Positions 37,272 through 47,745 are shown, counted from the stretch's first letter. The stretch is DNA of 64,000 nt from an uncultured Chloroflexia bacterium (GCA_963749705.1 CAVVNQ010000002.1:224001-288000), one strand, 5' to 3'. Program-made: numbers and translations. The notes: generated by a model from the sequence alone, not told the origin.

Positions 37272-37981
37272 TCAGCCGGCGTGGCGCGCTCGAAGCGCGT
37301 CGACCACGGCCCGCGGCTCCAGCCCGCGCTCCGCCAGCAGCACCAGCGCGTGATAGACGAGATCGGCGGCCTCGCCCGCGAGCAGCGCGTGGGTCTCGTC
37401 ACGCGCCGAGCCCGAGCGCTGTGCCGCCTCGTCGTTCTTGGCCGCGAGCAGCACCTCGGTCGCCTCCTCGGCGACCTTGCGGCCCGCGACGTCGACCCCG
37501 CCGGCGAGCAGCCGGGCGGTGTAGGAGCCCTGCGGACGGTCCGCCGCGCGGGCCGCGATCGTCGCCCACAGCGCCTCCAGCCACGCGAACCCCTGCTCGT
37601 CCGCGAGCGCCGGCCGTGCCCGGCCCATCGGCGTCGAAGCAGCTGCGCGCACCGCGGTGGCAGGTGGGTCCATCCGGCGCCACGCCGATCAGCAGCGCAT
37701 CGCCATCACAGTCGACCGCGAGCGACCGCAGGTGGAGCACGTTGCCCGACGTCTCCCCCTTGCGCCACAGCCGGCCGCGCGAGCGTGAGTGGAAATGCAC
37801 CTCACCCGTCGCCAGCGTCGCGGCCAGCGCCTCCGCGTCGAGCCAGCCCACCATCAGCACGCGCCCGTCGGCGACATCCTGGACGACACCGGCAACCAGC
37901 CCGGCATCGTCCCAGGTGAGGCCGGCTGGATCGAGCGCGGCCGCGATGGCCACGGGCCCGGCCGGCACAGCGGTCGCTCAT
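37272..37981 (-). CDS. hisIE: Bifunctional phosphoribosyl-AMP cyclohydrolase/phosphoribosyl-ATP diphosphatase; apparent +1 insertions near 37972 and 37615
   Basis: The HisI part ([30 protein letters not shown]) runs out of frame into the HisE part ([23 protein letters not shown]). The ATG overlapping the hisF stop is also 1 nt out of frame. Confidence 0.85.
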
Positions 37982-38784
37982 GCGATGACCCCCGCCGCCG
38001 GCGCAAGCCGGACGGGCAGGCCGGCGGCCGCCATCGCGGCCTTGACCTGGGCGATCGAGAACATCCGACGATGGAAGATCGATGCGGCGAGGACCGCGTC
38101 CGCCCCGCCGTCGCGGACAGCGGCGACGAAGTCGTCGGGGCCGGCGGCGCCGCCCGACGCGATGACCGGCACCCGGACCGACCCCGTGATCGCCCGCAGC
38201 AGCTCCGTGTCGTAGCCCGACCGCGTCCCGTCCCGATCGATGGACGTGACCAGCAGCTCGCCCGCGCCGAGCTCCACCGCACGCCCCGCCCAGGCCACGG
38301 CGTCCAGGCCAACCGCCTCGCGTCCGCCCCTGACGACGACCTCGAAGCCCGACGGGCAGCGGGGATCCGGGCTGGCCGGATCGACGCGCCGGGCGTCGAT
38401 CGCGACGACCACGGCCTGGCTGCCGAACCTCGCCGCACACCGCGTCACGAGCTCGGGCTCCGAGACCGCGCGCGTGTTGAGGCTGACCTTGTCCGCGCCG
38501 GCTCGCAGGACGTCGCGCATGTCGTCGACGGTCCGCACGCCGCCCCCCACGGTGAGGGGCACGAACGCCCGCCGGGCGGTCCGCTCCACGATGTCGAGAA
38601 GCGTCCCGCGACCCTCGGGCGCCGCGGTGATGTCGAGGAACACCAGCTCATCGGCGCCCTCGTGCGCGTAGCGCTCGGCGAGCTCGGGCGGGTCGCCCTC
38701 GTCGACGAGATCGACGAACCGGGTGCCCTTGACCACCCGGCCGTTCGCGACATCGAGGCACGGGATCACGCGCCGGCGGAGCAT
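37978..38784 (-). CDS. hisF: Imidazole glycerol phosphate synthase subunit HisF
   Basis: [12 protein letters not shown]...[12 protein letters not shown]...PLTVGGG...GADKVSLN...TSIDRDGT...PVIASGGA. Confidence 0.97.
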   Translation of the reverse strand: MLRRRVIPCLDVANGRVVKGTRFVDLVDEGDPPELAERYAHEGADELVFLDITAAPEGRGTLLDIVERTARRAFVPLTVGGGVRTVDDMRDVLRAGADKVSLNTRAVSEPELVTRCAARFGSQAVVVAIDARRVDPASPDPRCPSGFEVVVRGGREAVGLDAVAWAGRAVELGAGELLVTSIDRDGTRSGYDTELLRAITGSVRVPVIASGGAAGPDDFVAAVRDGGADAVLAASIFHRRMFSIAQVKAAMAAAGLPVRLAPAAGVIA

Positions 38785-39449
38785 CAGGCGGCGCTCCGGC
38801 GGTCGTCGCCCACGGGCGACCCGGCCACCATGCCGACCACGTTGGCCAGCAGGCGAAGCCCGTCCGTGCCCGAGCGCTCGGGGTGGAACTGGACGCCGAG
38901 CATCCGACCGCGAGCCACCGCGGACACGAACGGGCGGCCGTGCTCGGTCGTGGCCAGGACCTCGTCCCCGTCGAGGCCGGAATCGGGAAGCCCGACATAC
39001 GAATGCACGAAGTAGAAGTCGGCGTCGTCGGCGATCCCTGCGAATGCCGGGTGCGAGCGGCGACGGTGCACCTGGTTCCAGCCGATGTGCGGCAGGGTCG
39101 GCGCATCCTCGAGGCGCACCGTGCGACCCGGGAGCAGCGCCAGGGTGGGCGCCCCGTCCTCGTCGCTGCGGTCGAACAGGAGCTGGAGGCCGAGGCAGAT
39201 CCCGAGGAACGGGCGATCGGCCCGGATCCAGTCGCGGATCGGGTCGACGAACCCGCCGGCGCGGAGGCGGTCCATCGCAGGGGCGGCCGCCCCAACGCCG
39301 GGCACGACGAGCAGGTCCGCGCCCTCGATCGCCGCACCCGTCGCGGCCAGACGGACCCGCGCCCCCGTGGCGCCGAGCGCCTGATCGATCGACACGAGGT
39401 TTCCCGCGCCGTAGTCGACCACCGCGACCAGCGGGCCGTCGGGCGTCAT
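38784..39449 (-). CDS. hisH: Imidazole glycerol phosphate synthase subunit HisH
   Basis: [38 protein letters not shown]. Confidence 0.97.
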   Translation of the reverse strand: MTPDGPLVAVVDYGAGNLVSIDQALGATGARVRLAATGAAIEGADLLVVPGVGAAAPAMDRLRAGGFVDPIRDWIRADRPFLGICLGLQLLFDRSDEDGAPTLALLPGRTVRLEDAPTLPHIGWNQVHRRRSHPAFAGIADDADFYFVHSYVGLPDSGLDGDEVLATTEHGRPFVSAVARGRMLGVQFHPERSGTDGLRLLANVVGMVAGSPVGDDRRSAA

Positions 39450-40072
39450 CCGAGCGAGCCCTTGGTCGATGCCACGCCGGCGCGCCTCGGATCGGGCTCG
39501 CACGCGTCGCGCAGCGCACGACCCAGTGCCTTGAACGCTGCCTCGGCAAGGTGGTGATCGTTTCGCCCGCGGCCGCCGAGGTGCAGGGTCGCCCCGGCGG
39601 TTCGGGCAAATGCCTCGAGCGCATGGTCGACCAGCTGGAGCGGCAGCGCCCCGGCGCGCTCGCCGCGGAACGGCAGGTCGATCACGGCGTACGGGCGCCC
39701 GCCGACGTCCACGACCGCGGTGGCGATCGACTCGTCCATGGGGACCGCGCTGTCGCCGAAGCGCCGGATCCCGGCGCGATCACCCAGGGCCGCGGCGAAC
39801 GCGGAGCCGAGGACGAGGGCCACGTCCTCGACGGTGTGGTGCTCGTCGACCTCGAGGTCACCGCTCGCCCGGATCTCGAGGTCGAACAGCCCGTGGTGGG
39901 CGAGCGACGACAGCAGGTGATCGAAGAAGCCGACCCCGGTGGCGACGTCGGCGCGCCCGGTCCCGTCGAGGTCGAGCGCGACCTCGACCTCGGTCTCGCG
40001 GGTCTGCCGCCGAACCCGGACCCGACGGCCCTGCTGCTCGACGATGTCCAGGGCACCCAGCGGCGTCGTCAT
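39446..40072 (-). CDS. hisB: Imidazoleglycerol-phosphate dehydratase (monofunctional)
   Basis: [51 protein letters not shown]. Confidence 0.97.
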   Translation of the reverse strand: MTTPLGALDIVEQQGRRVRVRRQTRETEVEVALDLDGTGRADVATGVGFFDHLLSSLAHHGLFDLEIRASGDLEVDEHHTVEDVALVLGSAFAAALGDRAGIRRFGDSAVPMDESIATAVVDVGGRPYAVIDLPFRGERAGALPLQLVDHALEAFARTAGATLHLGGRGRNDHHLAEAAFKALGRALRDACEPDPRRAGVASTKGSLG

Positions 40073-41214
40073 GCGGCAACCTCCTGTGCGATCGCTCGCG
40101 TGGCATCGATGAGGCGATCGTTCTCGTCCGCGGCTCGCACCGTGACCCGCAGGCAGCGGGCCAGCGGATGATCGGCGCCAAAGGTCCGCGGCACGAGGCC
40201 GCGCCGCAGCAGCCGGTCGGCAACGAACGCGGCCCGCTCCGGCGTCTCGAGGTCGACCAGCAGGAAGTTCGTGACCGACGGATAGGGCGGCCACCCGATC
40301 GCGGTCAGCGCGTCCGCGAGCCGCGCCCGCTCGCGCTCGACGCGAGCGACGTTCTCCCGCATCTCCTCGGCGTCGAGCAGGGCGCGGGTCACGACGGTCT
40401 CGGAGATGGTGCCGATCGATCCCGGCGGCCGGAACAGCGCGACCCGGGCCAGCGTCGCGGGCGCGGCGACGGCGAAGCCGACCCGCAGCCCGGCCAGCGC
40501 GTAGGCCTTGGACGCGGTGCGCACGACGACCAGGTTGCGGAACCGTGACCGAAGCGGGATCAGCGTCTCGCCCGCGAACTCCGCATACGCCTCGTCGACG
40601 ACCACGGCCGCCGGGTCACGTCCGGCTGCCGTCGCGTCGGCGGCGATGCCGTCGATCAGCCGCTCGATGACCCCAGGGGCCTCGAGGCGGCCGGTCGGGT
40701 TGTTGGGGTTGCACAGCCAGACCATCGCCGCGTCGGCTGCGGCCGCGCGGACCGCCGCCTCGTCGAGCCCGAACGCGTGGTCGGGTCCCAGGCGTGGCAC
40801 CGGCACCGCCACGCCGCCGCGCTGCTCGGTGACCACGCGGTACATCGCATAGCTCGGAACCGGGATCACCGCCGACGCGCCCGCGGGCAGGAACGCCTTG
40901 ACGCACATGTCCAGGATCTCGTCCGCTCCGGCACCCGGGACGACCTCATCGGTCCCCACGCCGTAGCGTGTGGCCGCGGCCTCCACCAGCCGGCGGTAGT
41001 CGCCCGGCGGGTACTCGCTGAGACTCGTCTCGAACCGGCCGCCCGCGAGCAGTTCGGCAAGCAGGCGCGGCGGCGTGGGCGAGGTGTTGAGGTCGAACCG
41101 GACCACCTGCTCGATGGGCAGCCCGTACCGCGACGCGACACCCTCGTCGGTGGCTTCCCAGCTGTAGGAGGCGGGCTCCACGGGCGACGAGAAGCTGACC
41201 GGGGTCGGGCTCAT
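40069..41214 (-). CDS. hisC: Histidinol-phosphate aminotransferase
   Basis: RFDLNTSP, GADEIL, CNPNNPTG, VVDEAYAEF, RTASKAYALAGLRVG. Confidence 0.95.
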   Translation of the reverse strand: MSPTPVSFSSPVEPASYSWEATDEGVASRYGLPIEQVVRFDLNTSPTPPRLLAELLAGGRFETSLSEYPPGDYRRLVEAAATRYGVGTDEVVPGAGADEILDMCVKAFLPAGASAVIPVPSYAMYRVVTEQRGGVAVPVPRLGPDHAFGLDEAAVRAAAADAAMVWLCNPNNPTGRLEAPGVIERLIDGIAADATAAGRDPAAVVVDEAYAEFAGETLIPLRSRFRNLVVVRTASKAYALAGLRVGFAVAAPATLARVALFRPPGSIGTISETVVTRALLDAEEMRENVARVERERARLADALTAIGWPPYPSVTNFLLVDLETPERAAFVADRLLRRGLVPRTFGADHPLARCLRVTVRAADENDRLIDATRAIAQEVAA

Positions 41215-42566
41215 CGCGCATCCCCCTCGGTGGCGAAGCGGACCTCGACGGCGTCGCGATGGGCGAGCAGGCCCTCGGCCTCGGCGAGCGTCCGGATGGT
41301 GGGCCGCAGGGCGGCCAGGCCATCGCGGGTGATCCGCTGGACCTGGTTGTACTTGCCGAACAGCTCGACGCCCAACGGCCCGCACGCGCGTGCGAGCCCC
41401 CCGGTCGGCAGCACGTGGTTCGCGCCCGACGCGTAGTCTCCGGCGGATTCCGGCGACCAGCGGCCGACGAAGATCGAGCCGGCGTTGCGGATGTCCGCGA
41501 CCGCGGCCTCGGCGTCGTCGACCTCGACCGACAGGTGCTCCGGCCCGTACCCGTTGACGAACGCGATGCCGGCCGCCAGGTCGGCGACCAGCACGATCCG
41601 GCCGTGATCCGCGAGGGCACGGGCCAGGATCTCGCGGCGGGCGGCGGTCGCGAGCCGCCGGCGGACCTCCGCCTCGACGGCATCGGCGAGCGCGACATCC
41701 GGCGTCACCAGCAGGGCAGGGGAGTCGACGCCGTGCTCCGCCTGGGTGATCAGGTCGGCCGCCACGATGGTGACGTCGGCCGATGCGTCGGCCAGCACGA
41801 GACCTTCCGATGGACCGGCCGGCAGGTCGATGCCCACCTCGCCCACGACCTCGATCTTGGCCGCCGTGACCCAGGTGCTGCCCGGCCCGACGATCAGGTC
41901 CACGGGCGCCAGATCGACGTCGGGCAGCCCGTAGGCCAGCGCGCCGATCGCCTGGACCCCACCGGCGACGAGCAGGGCATCCACGCCCAGCAGCCCGGCG
42001 GCCCCCAGGAGGACCGGGTGGATCTCGCCGTCGCGATCCGCCGGCGAGGCGACGACGACCGAGCCCACGCCGGCCACGCGTGCCGGCACCACGGTCATCA
42101 GCAGCGACGAGGGGTAGGGTGCCGAGCCTCCGGGAACGTACGCACCAACCCGCGACACGGGCAGCCACCGCCGCTCGATGTCGACGCCGGGGAGGATCGA
42201 GACCGTCGTGGAGGCCGGCCGCTGGACGACGGCGAACCGCTCCACGTTGGCCGCGGCCAGCTCCAGCGCGGCGCGCTGGTCGCGACCCAGCCGGTCACGC
42301 GCCGCGACCAGGTCCCGGCGTTCGATGACCAGGCGACCATCCGCCCGCCCGCCGCCGAACCGGGTGGATGCCTCGCGGACGGCGTCGGCGCCGCGTGCGC
42401 GCACGTCGGCGAGGATCGTCCGAGCCGCCGTGCGGACCGACGGATCGGGCACGGCGCCGCGCCGGAACAGCGCGTCCCGGTCGCGGATCGCCGCGTCATC
42501 GGGGTCACGAAGGTCGAGCCGGCGGAGCCGGATGTCGGACGCGGTGCCGGGCATCGAGCCGCTCAC
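41211..42566 (-). CDS. hisD: Histidinol dehydrogenase
   Basis: VGAYVPGG, GGVQAIGALAYG, IVGPG, IDLPAGPSE, QAEHG, PEHL, GDYASGANHVLPT. Confidence 0.97.
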   Translation of the reverse strand: MSGSMPGTASDIRLRRLDLRDPDDAAIRDRDALFRRGAVPDPSVRTAARTILADVRARGADAVREASTRFGGGRADGRLVIERRDLVAARDRLGRDQRAALELAAANVERFAVVQRPASTTVSILPGVDIERRWLPVSRVGAYVPGGSAPYPSSLLMTVVPARVAGVGSVVVASPADRDGEIHPVLLGAAGLLGVDALLVAGGVQAIGALAYGLPDVDLAPVDLIVGPGSTWVTAAKIEVVGEVGIDLPAGPSEGLVLADASADVTIVAADLITQAEHGVDSPALLVTPDVALADAVEAEVRRRLATAARREILARALADHGRIVLVADLAAGIAFVNGYGPEHLSVEVDDAEAAVADIRNAGSIFVGRWSPESAGDYASGANHVLPTGGLARACGPLGVELFGKYNQVQRITRDGLAALRPTIRTLAEAEGLLAHRDAVEVRFATEGDAR

Positions 42567-43423
42567 GGCAGGATCTTCTCGATCGGGAGCACCAGGATCC
42601 CCGATGCGCCGGCGGTCTTGAGCCTCGGCAGGAGTCCCCATACCTCGTCGGCGCCGACGACCGAGTGGATGGCGATCATGCCCGCGTGGGCCAGCGGGAT
42701 GACGGACGGGGATTCGAGCCCGGGCAGCAGGTCCTCAAGCTCCGCGAGCTTGGTCGAGGGTGCGTTCATCATCAGGTACTTGCGGCTCCGCGCGGCGATC
42801 ACGGAACCGAGCATGGTCACGATCGCGTCGAGCTCGCCGGTCCGCTGCTCGAGCGCCGCGGGGCTCGAAACCAGGATCGCCTCCGAGGCGAGGATGTCGC
42901 CGATGGCGCGCAGCCCGTTCATCGCAAGGGTCGATCCCGTGGACACGAGGTCCACGATCCCGTCAGCGAGCCCCAGCCTGGGCGCGACCTCGACGGCACC
43001 GGACAGCGAGATGACCTCGACCGGGATGCCCCGATCCGCGAAGAAGCGACGCGCCACGTTGGGATGCGAGGTGGCGACCTTGAGCCCGCTGAGATCCTCG
43101 ATCGTCCGAGGCGGCGCATCCGCGGCGACCGCCGCCGCAAGCCGGCAGCGTCCATAGCCAAGCTGGCGCAGAGTGGGCAGCGGCACGCCGCTCTCCGCGA
43201 GGATGTCGATCCCGGTGATCCCCGCGTCGGCCACGCCGTCGGCGACGAACTCGACGACGTCGACCGTGCGCACGAACAGGATGTCCAGCGGGTGGTTCTG
43301 GACCTGCGCGACGAGGTTGCGCTCGTGCTCGTCGAACACCAGCCCGGCGTCGTGGAGCAGGGCCAGGGTGGGCTCGACCAGGCGTCCCTTGTTGGGAACC
43401 GCGAGTCGCAGGCGCTCCCTCAT
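42563..43423 (-). CDS. hisG: ATP phosphoribosyltransferase (long form)
   Basis: LAVPNKGRL, DAGITGID, GAVEVAPRLGLADGIVDLVSTGSTL, C-terminal regulatory domain. Confidence 0.97.
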   Translation of the reverse strand: MRERLRLAVPNKGRLVEPTLALLHDAGLVFDEHERNLVAQVQNHPLDILFVRTVDVVEFVADGVADAGITGIDILAESGVPLPTLRQLGYGRCRLAAAVAADAPPRTIEDLSGLKVATSHPNVARRFFADRGIPVEVISLSGAVEVAPRLGLADGIVDLVSTGSTLAMNGLRAIGDILASEAILVSSPAALEQRTGELDAIVTMLGSVIAARSRKYLMMNAPSTKLAELEDLLPGLESPSVIPLAHAGMIAIHSVVGADEVWGLLPRLKTAGASGILVLPIEKILP

Positions 43424-43746
43424 CGTCCTTCACCGGGTGCCGCGCTCGCGGCCTCGCCGGTCTCGCGATAGCGCTCGAGCATCAGCCGGTAGCCGCCCTC
43501 GCCGTGGTTGAGCCAGGAGGCGATGCGCGTGATCGTCGCGGTGCTGGCGCCGGTCCGCTTCGAGATCTCCGCGTAGTGCATGCCGGCATCGAGCAACCGG
43601 ACCACCGCCCATCGCTGGGCCATGTCGCGGAGCTCGCCCAGCGTGCACAGGTCGCGCAGGAACCGTTCGGCGTCCTCGCGCGAGCCGAGGCGCAGCAGGA
43701 CGTCGATGAGGGCCTCCGTATCCGGGGTGCGCCAGTCGTCGGTCAC
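43420..43746 (-). CDS. TrpR-like (YerC/YecD) repressor, probable HisR
   Basis: FLRDLCTLGELRDMAQRWAVVRLL...YAEISKRTGASTATITRI...GEGGY. First gene of the his operon. Confidence 0.92.
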   Translation of the reverse strand: MTDDWRTPDTEALIDVLLRLGSREDAERFLRDLCTLGELRDMAQRWAVVRLLDAGMHYAEISKRTGASTATITRIASWLNHGEGGYRLMLERYRETGEAASAAPGEGR

Positions 43747-43858
43747 GGGCGGGTCCTTCCTTGTCTCAACGCGCGGGGCATGCGACGCTGGAACCGACGA
43801 GGCCGGGGCCGCGCGTGCGGGGCCATCCGGCCGGCCGGGGCGCCGAGAGGCATGATTA

Positions 43859-43878
43859 CGTAGTAGCGTGCTACAACG
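43859..43878. promoter_or_regulatory. 20-bp palindrome, candidate HisR operator in the divergent hisR/hisA promoter
   Basis: CGTAGTAGCGTGCTACAACG (16/20 self-complementary, TAG-N4-CTA core) in a locally AT-richer stretch next to CATGAT. Confidence 0.65.
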
Positions 43879-43898
43879 CTATCAGGAAGGAATGAGGA

Positions 43899-44669
43899 TT
43901 GTCAACGTTCGAGCTGCTGCCGGCGATCGACCTGCTCGACGGTCGCGTCGTTCGGCTGCAGCAGGGCGACTTCGCACGCGAGACCGCGTACGGCGCGGAC
44001 CCGCGGGCAACCGCGAGCCGGTTCGCCGATGCCGGGGCGACGTGGATCCACGTGGTCGATCTGGACGGCGCGCGGGCGGGTGAGCCCCGGCAGCTCGAGC
44101 TCGTGGCCGGGATCGTGGCCGAGGTCCAGGGACGTGCCCATGTCGAGCTCGGTGGGGGGCTTCGATCGGCGGCGGCGGTCGCCGGGGCGTTGGGCACCGG
44201 GGTCAGCCGGGTCGCGGTGGGCACGGCGGTGCTGCGCGATCCGGGGTTCGCGACCGAGATCGTCGCGCGTCACGGGGCCGGGCGGATCGTTGCCTCGATC
44301 GATGTCCGCGATGGGCTGGCGCTGGGCGAGGGCTGGCGGACCGGCGCGACGGGTCTGCCGGCGGCGGACGCGATCGCCATCCTGGCCGATTCCGGCGTGC
44401 TCTCGTTCGAGGTCACCGCGATCGAGCGGGACGGACTGCTCGAAGGGCCCGACGTCGGGATGCTGCGGTCCCTGGTCGCCCTCGATCGCGGCCGGATCAT
44501 CGCGTCGGGCGGCATCGCGTCCGTCGAGGACGTGCTGGCGATCCAGGCGGCCGGCTGCGCCGGTGCGATCGTGGGGCGGGCGCTGTACGAGGGGCGGATC
44601 GAGCTGCGGGCATTGGTCGAGGCGCTGGTCGCGGGCGGCGGGCAAGGCTCGACGCCGGACCTGGCCTGA
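43899..44669 (+). CDS. hisA: ProFAR isomerase HisA
   Basis: LLPAIDLLDGRVVRLQQGD, IHVVDLDGA, ELGGGLR, TAIERDGLLEGP, IASGGI, IVGRALY. TTG start after GAGGA. Confidence 0.95.
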   Translation: MSTFELLPAIDLLDGRVVRLQQGDFARETAYGADPRATASRFADAGATWIHVVDLDGARAGEPRQLELVAGIVAEVQGRAHVELGGGLRSAAAVAGALGTGVSRVAVGTAVLRDPGFATEIVARHGAGRIVASIDVRDGLALGEGWRTGATGLPAADAIAILADSGVLSFEVTAIERDGLLEGPDVGMLRSLVALDRGRIIASGGIASVEDVLAIQAAGCAGAIVGRALYEGRIELRALVEALVAGGGQGSTPDLA

Positions 44670-44741
44670 GCGCCGGGCGCGGGCTGAACGGCGGAGACGG
44701 GCTCAACGCCGGGCGCGGCGTCCGGCGCCGGGCGGACCCCG

Positions 44742-46820
44742 TCAGTGGCCCTCGGCGAGCTCCTTCCGGTGCGCCTCGACGATCTTCTCCGCGAGGTACG
44801 ACGGCACGTCCTCGTAGTGGTCGAGCGTCGCGCTGAAGGTGCCGCGGCCGCCGGTCAGCGAGCGCAGCTCGGTCGCGTACGAGAACAGCTCCGCTTGGGG
44901 CACGTGCGCGGAGATGACCTGGACGCCGTCCGCGGTGTCCAGGCCCAGCACGCGGCCACGCCGGCCGTTGAGGTCGCGATTGACCTCGCCCATGTACTGC
45001 TCGGGGATCCGCACCTCGATGGCCATGATCGGCTCGAGCAGGACCGGATGCGCCTGGCCGACGCCGTCCTTGAGCGCCATCGAGGCCGCGATCTTGAACG
45101 ACAGCTCGTTCGAGTCGACCGGGTGGAACGACCCGTCGTAGAGCGTCGCCTTGAAGTCGATCAGCGGGTAGCCGGCGAACACGCCCTCGGCCGCGGTCTC
45201 GCGGATGCCCTTCTCGATGCCGGCGAAGAAGCCCTTGGGCACGGAGCCGCCGACGACGCGGTCGGCGAACTCGACGCCGTTGCCCGGGCTGGGCTCGAGC
45301 TCGAGCCACACATCCCCGAACATCCCGTGGCCGCCGGTCTGCTTCTTGTACCGGCCGTGGACCTGGGTCTTGCCCCGGATCGTCTCGCGGTAGGGGACCG
45401 TCGGGGTATGGGTCACGATCGCGGCGCCGAACTTGCGCTTGAGCCGCTCGGTGATCACGGCGACGTGCGCCTCGCCGATCGACCGCAGGATCTGCTCGCC
45501 GGTCTCGCTCCGCTCGACCCGCGCCGTGGGCTCCTCCTCGAGCATCCGCTGGAGCGCCGGACCCATCTTGTCGAGGTCGCCCTTTGACTGCGGCTCGATC
45601 GCGACCTGGAGCGTTGGATCGGGGAACGCCATCGGCGGCAGCACCAGCGGGTGGTCCTTCGACGCGAGCGTGTCGCCGGTCTCGGTGACGCCCAGCTTGG
45701 CGACGGCGCCGATCTCGCCGGCCTTGAGCTCTCCCGCAGGCTCCTGCTCCTTGCCGTGGAGGTAGAGGAGCTGCCCGATCCGCTCGTCGCTGCCCTTGGT
45801 GGCGTTGTAGACGCCGCCCTGGCCATGGAGCGTGCCGGACAGGACGCGGAGGTAGGTCAGCCGGCCGACGAACGGGTCCGCCGCCGTCTTGAACACCCGG
45901 ACCAGCAGGGGGCCGTCGGCCGACGCCGCGACCTCGACCTCCTTGCCGGCCTTGTCCGTGGCGGCGTACGGGCCCTCCTCCTCCGGCGACGGCAGGTAGC
46001 GGACGATGGCGTCGAGCAGCGCGCCAAGCCCGATGCCCTTGGCGGCCGAGGTCACCAGGACCGGGGCGAGGAGGGCCTCGCGGACGCCCTTGTGGAGGCA
46101 CGCGTCGAGCTCCGCGTCGGAGATCTCCTCCTCACCGAGGTACTTCTCGAACACCGCATCGTCCGCCTCGGCCGCCGCCTCGAGCAGCTGGTCGCGCCGG
46201 CGCGCGACCTCGTCGGCGAGCTCGGCCGGGATGTCGATCTGGATCTCGGCACCGTCCTCGAACCGCCAGGCGCGTCGGTGGACGAGGTCGACGTAGCCGG
46301 TGAACGTGTCACCCGCGCCGATGGCCAGGTGGAGCGGGGCGATCTTGTTGCCGAAGGTCGCGCGCAGCTCGTCCAGCGCACGGCCCGGATCCGCGTTCTC
46401 GCGGTCGCACTTGTTGAGCACGAAGCAGGCCGCGGTCCCGGTTGCGCGACCGAGCGCGACCGCGGTCTCGAGACCGGCCTCGACGCCGCCCGACGCGTCC
46501 ATCACGAACAGCGCCGCGTCCGCCGCGTGGAACCCCTCGACCATCTCGGCCACGAAGTCCGGGTACCCGGGCGTGTCGACGACCGTGATCTCGTGGTCGT
46601 CGTGGTCGAACGTGCCGACCGCCAGGCTCAGCGTCTGGTGGCGCTTCTGCTCCTCGGGCTCGTGGTCCAGGTGCGCCGTCCCGTCATCCACCCTGCCCAG
46701 CCGCGGGATCGCGCCCGCCCGGAACAGGACCTGCTCGGCCAGCGTCGTCTTGCCGCTGCCGGCATGGCCGGCAAGCACGACGCTTCGGATATGGGCGAGA
46801 TCGACGCTCTTCAAGGTCAT
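44742..46820 (-). CDS. Elongation factor G-like protein (EF-G2 paralog)
   Basis: GHAGSGKTT, DTPGYPDF, NKCD, KKQTGGHGMFG, DGSFHPVDSNE, LLEPI, LRSLTGGRG. Switch I is divergent (EEQKRHQTL) and the gene is not in an rpsL-rpsG-fusA-tuf context. Confidence 0.92.
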   Translation of the reverse strand: MTLKSVDLAHIRSVVLAGHAGSGKTTLAEQVLFRAGAIPRLGRVDDGTAHLDHEPEEQKRHQTLSLAVGTFDHDDHEITVVDTPGYPDFVAEMVEGFHAADAALFVMDASGGVEAGLETAVALGRATGTAACFVLNKCDRENADPGRALDELRATFGNKIAPLHLAIGAGDTFTGYVDLVHRRAWRFEDGAEIQIDIPAELADEVARRRDQLLEAAAEADDAVFEKYLGEEEISDAELDACLHKGVREALLAPVLVTSAAKGIGLGALLDAIVRYLPSPEEEGPYAATDKAGKEVEVAASADGPLLVRVFKTAADPFVGRLTYLRVLSGTLHGQGGVYNATKGSDERIGQLLYLHGKEQEPAGELKAGEIGAVAKLGVTETGDTLASKDHPLVLPPMAFPDPTLQVAIEPQSKGDLDKMGPALQRMLEEEPTARVERSETGEQILRSIGEAHVAVITERLKRKFGAAIVTHTPTVPYRETIRGKTQVHGRYKKQTGGHGMFGDVWLELEPSPGNGVEFADRVVGGSVPKGFFAGIEKGIRETAAEGVFAGYPLIDFKATLYDGSFHPVDSNELSFKIAASMALKDGVGQAHPVLLEPIMAIEVRIPEQYMGEVNRDLNGRRGRVLGLDTADGVQVISAHVPQAELFSYATELRSLTGGRGTFSATLDHYEDVPSYLAEKIVEAHRKELAEGH

Positions 46821-46995
46821 CGCGCGCGGTTCCTCTCGGTAGGTTCGACCGTCGGACCGGGTGCCCGGCCGCGACGGAACGGTGGGCGCAGGATGCGCAG
46901 ATTGCGACGCCGGGTCCGGACCTGGGGCGCGCAGCGCACCCGCAACCGGGACGGTGGACCCGTCCCAACGATGATAGTCGGTATACTCCCGCCCG

Positions 46996-47745
46996 ATGTC
47001 CGGACATTCCAAATGGTCCACGATCAAGCGCCAGAAGGGCGTCAACGACTCCAAGCGCAGCGCGATGTTCACCAAGGTCGCGCGCGAGGTGGCGGTCGCG
47101 GCGCGTGCGGGCGGCGGCGACCCCGACGCGAACTACCGGTTGCGGCTCGCGGTCGAGAAGGCGCGCTCGATCAACATGCCGGCCGACAACATCAAGCGGG
47201 CGATCGAGAAGGCGACCGGTGGCGGTGACGAGGTCCAGTACGAGGAGATCGTCTACGAGGGCTACGGCCCCGGCGGCGTGGCGATGCTCGTGGAGGCCGC
47301 GACCGACAATCGCAACCGGACCGCGGCCGAGGTGCGCTCGATCTTCGTCAAGGCAGGCGGTCAGCTGGCGGGCAGCGGGGCGGTCGCCTGGCAGTTCGAG
47401 CCACGCGGCCTGGTGACGGTCCCGCGCGACGGGACGGACCCGGACGAGGTCGCCCTGGCGGCGATCGATGCCGGCGCCGTGGACGTCGATACCGAGGCGG
47501 ACCCGATCGAGATCTACACCGAGCCGGGCGACCTGGAGCGGATCCGCAAGGCGCTCGAGGAGGGCGGCGTGAGCGTGGAGGCGGCGGAGACCGCGATGCT
47601 CGCCAAGCAGACCGTCAGCCTCGATGCGGATCACGTCCGGAAGGCGCTGCGGCTGGTCGAGCTGCTCGAGGACCTGGACGACGTGCAGCGGGTCACCGCC
47701 AACGTCGACATCCCCGAGGAGCTGATGGCCGAGGTCGCCGGGTGA
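46996..47745 (+). CDS. yebC: YebC/PmpR family protein
   Basis: MSGHSKWSTIKRQKG, YEGYGPGG, TDNRNRT, LEDLDDVQRV. Confidence 0.97.
   Translation: MSGHSKWSTIKRQKGVNDSKRSAMFTKVAREVAVAARAGGGDPDANYRLRLAVEKARSINMPADNIKRAIEKATGGGDEVQYEEIVYEGYGPGGVAMLVEAATDNRNRTAAEVRSIFVKAGGQLAGSGAVAWQFEPRGLVTVPRDGTDPDEVALAAIDAGAVDVDTEADPIEIYTEPGDLERIRKALEEGGVSVEAAETAMLAKQTVSLDADHVRKALRLVELLEDLDDVQRVTANVDIPEELMAEVAG

Noticed and set aside
37600-37630. Programmed ribosomal frameshift between hisI and hisE
   Set aside because: No slippery sequence, and the same +1 insertion pattern occurs in unrelated genes, which points to sequencing error.
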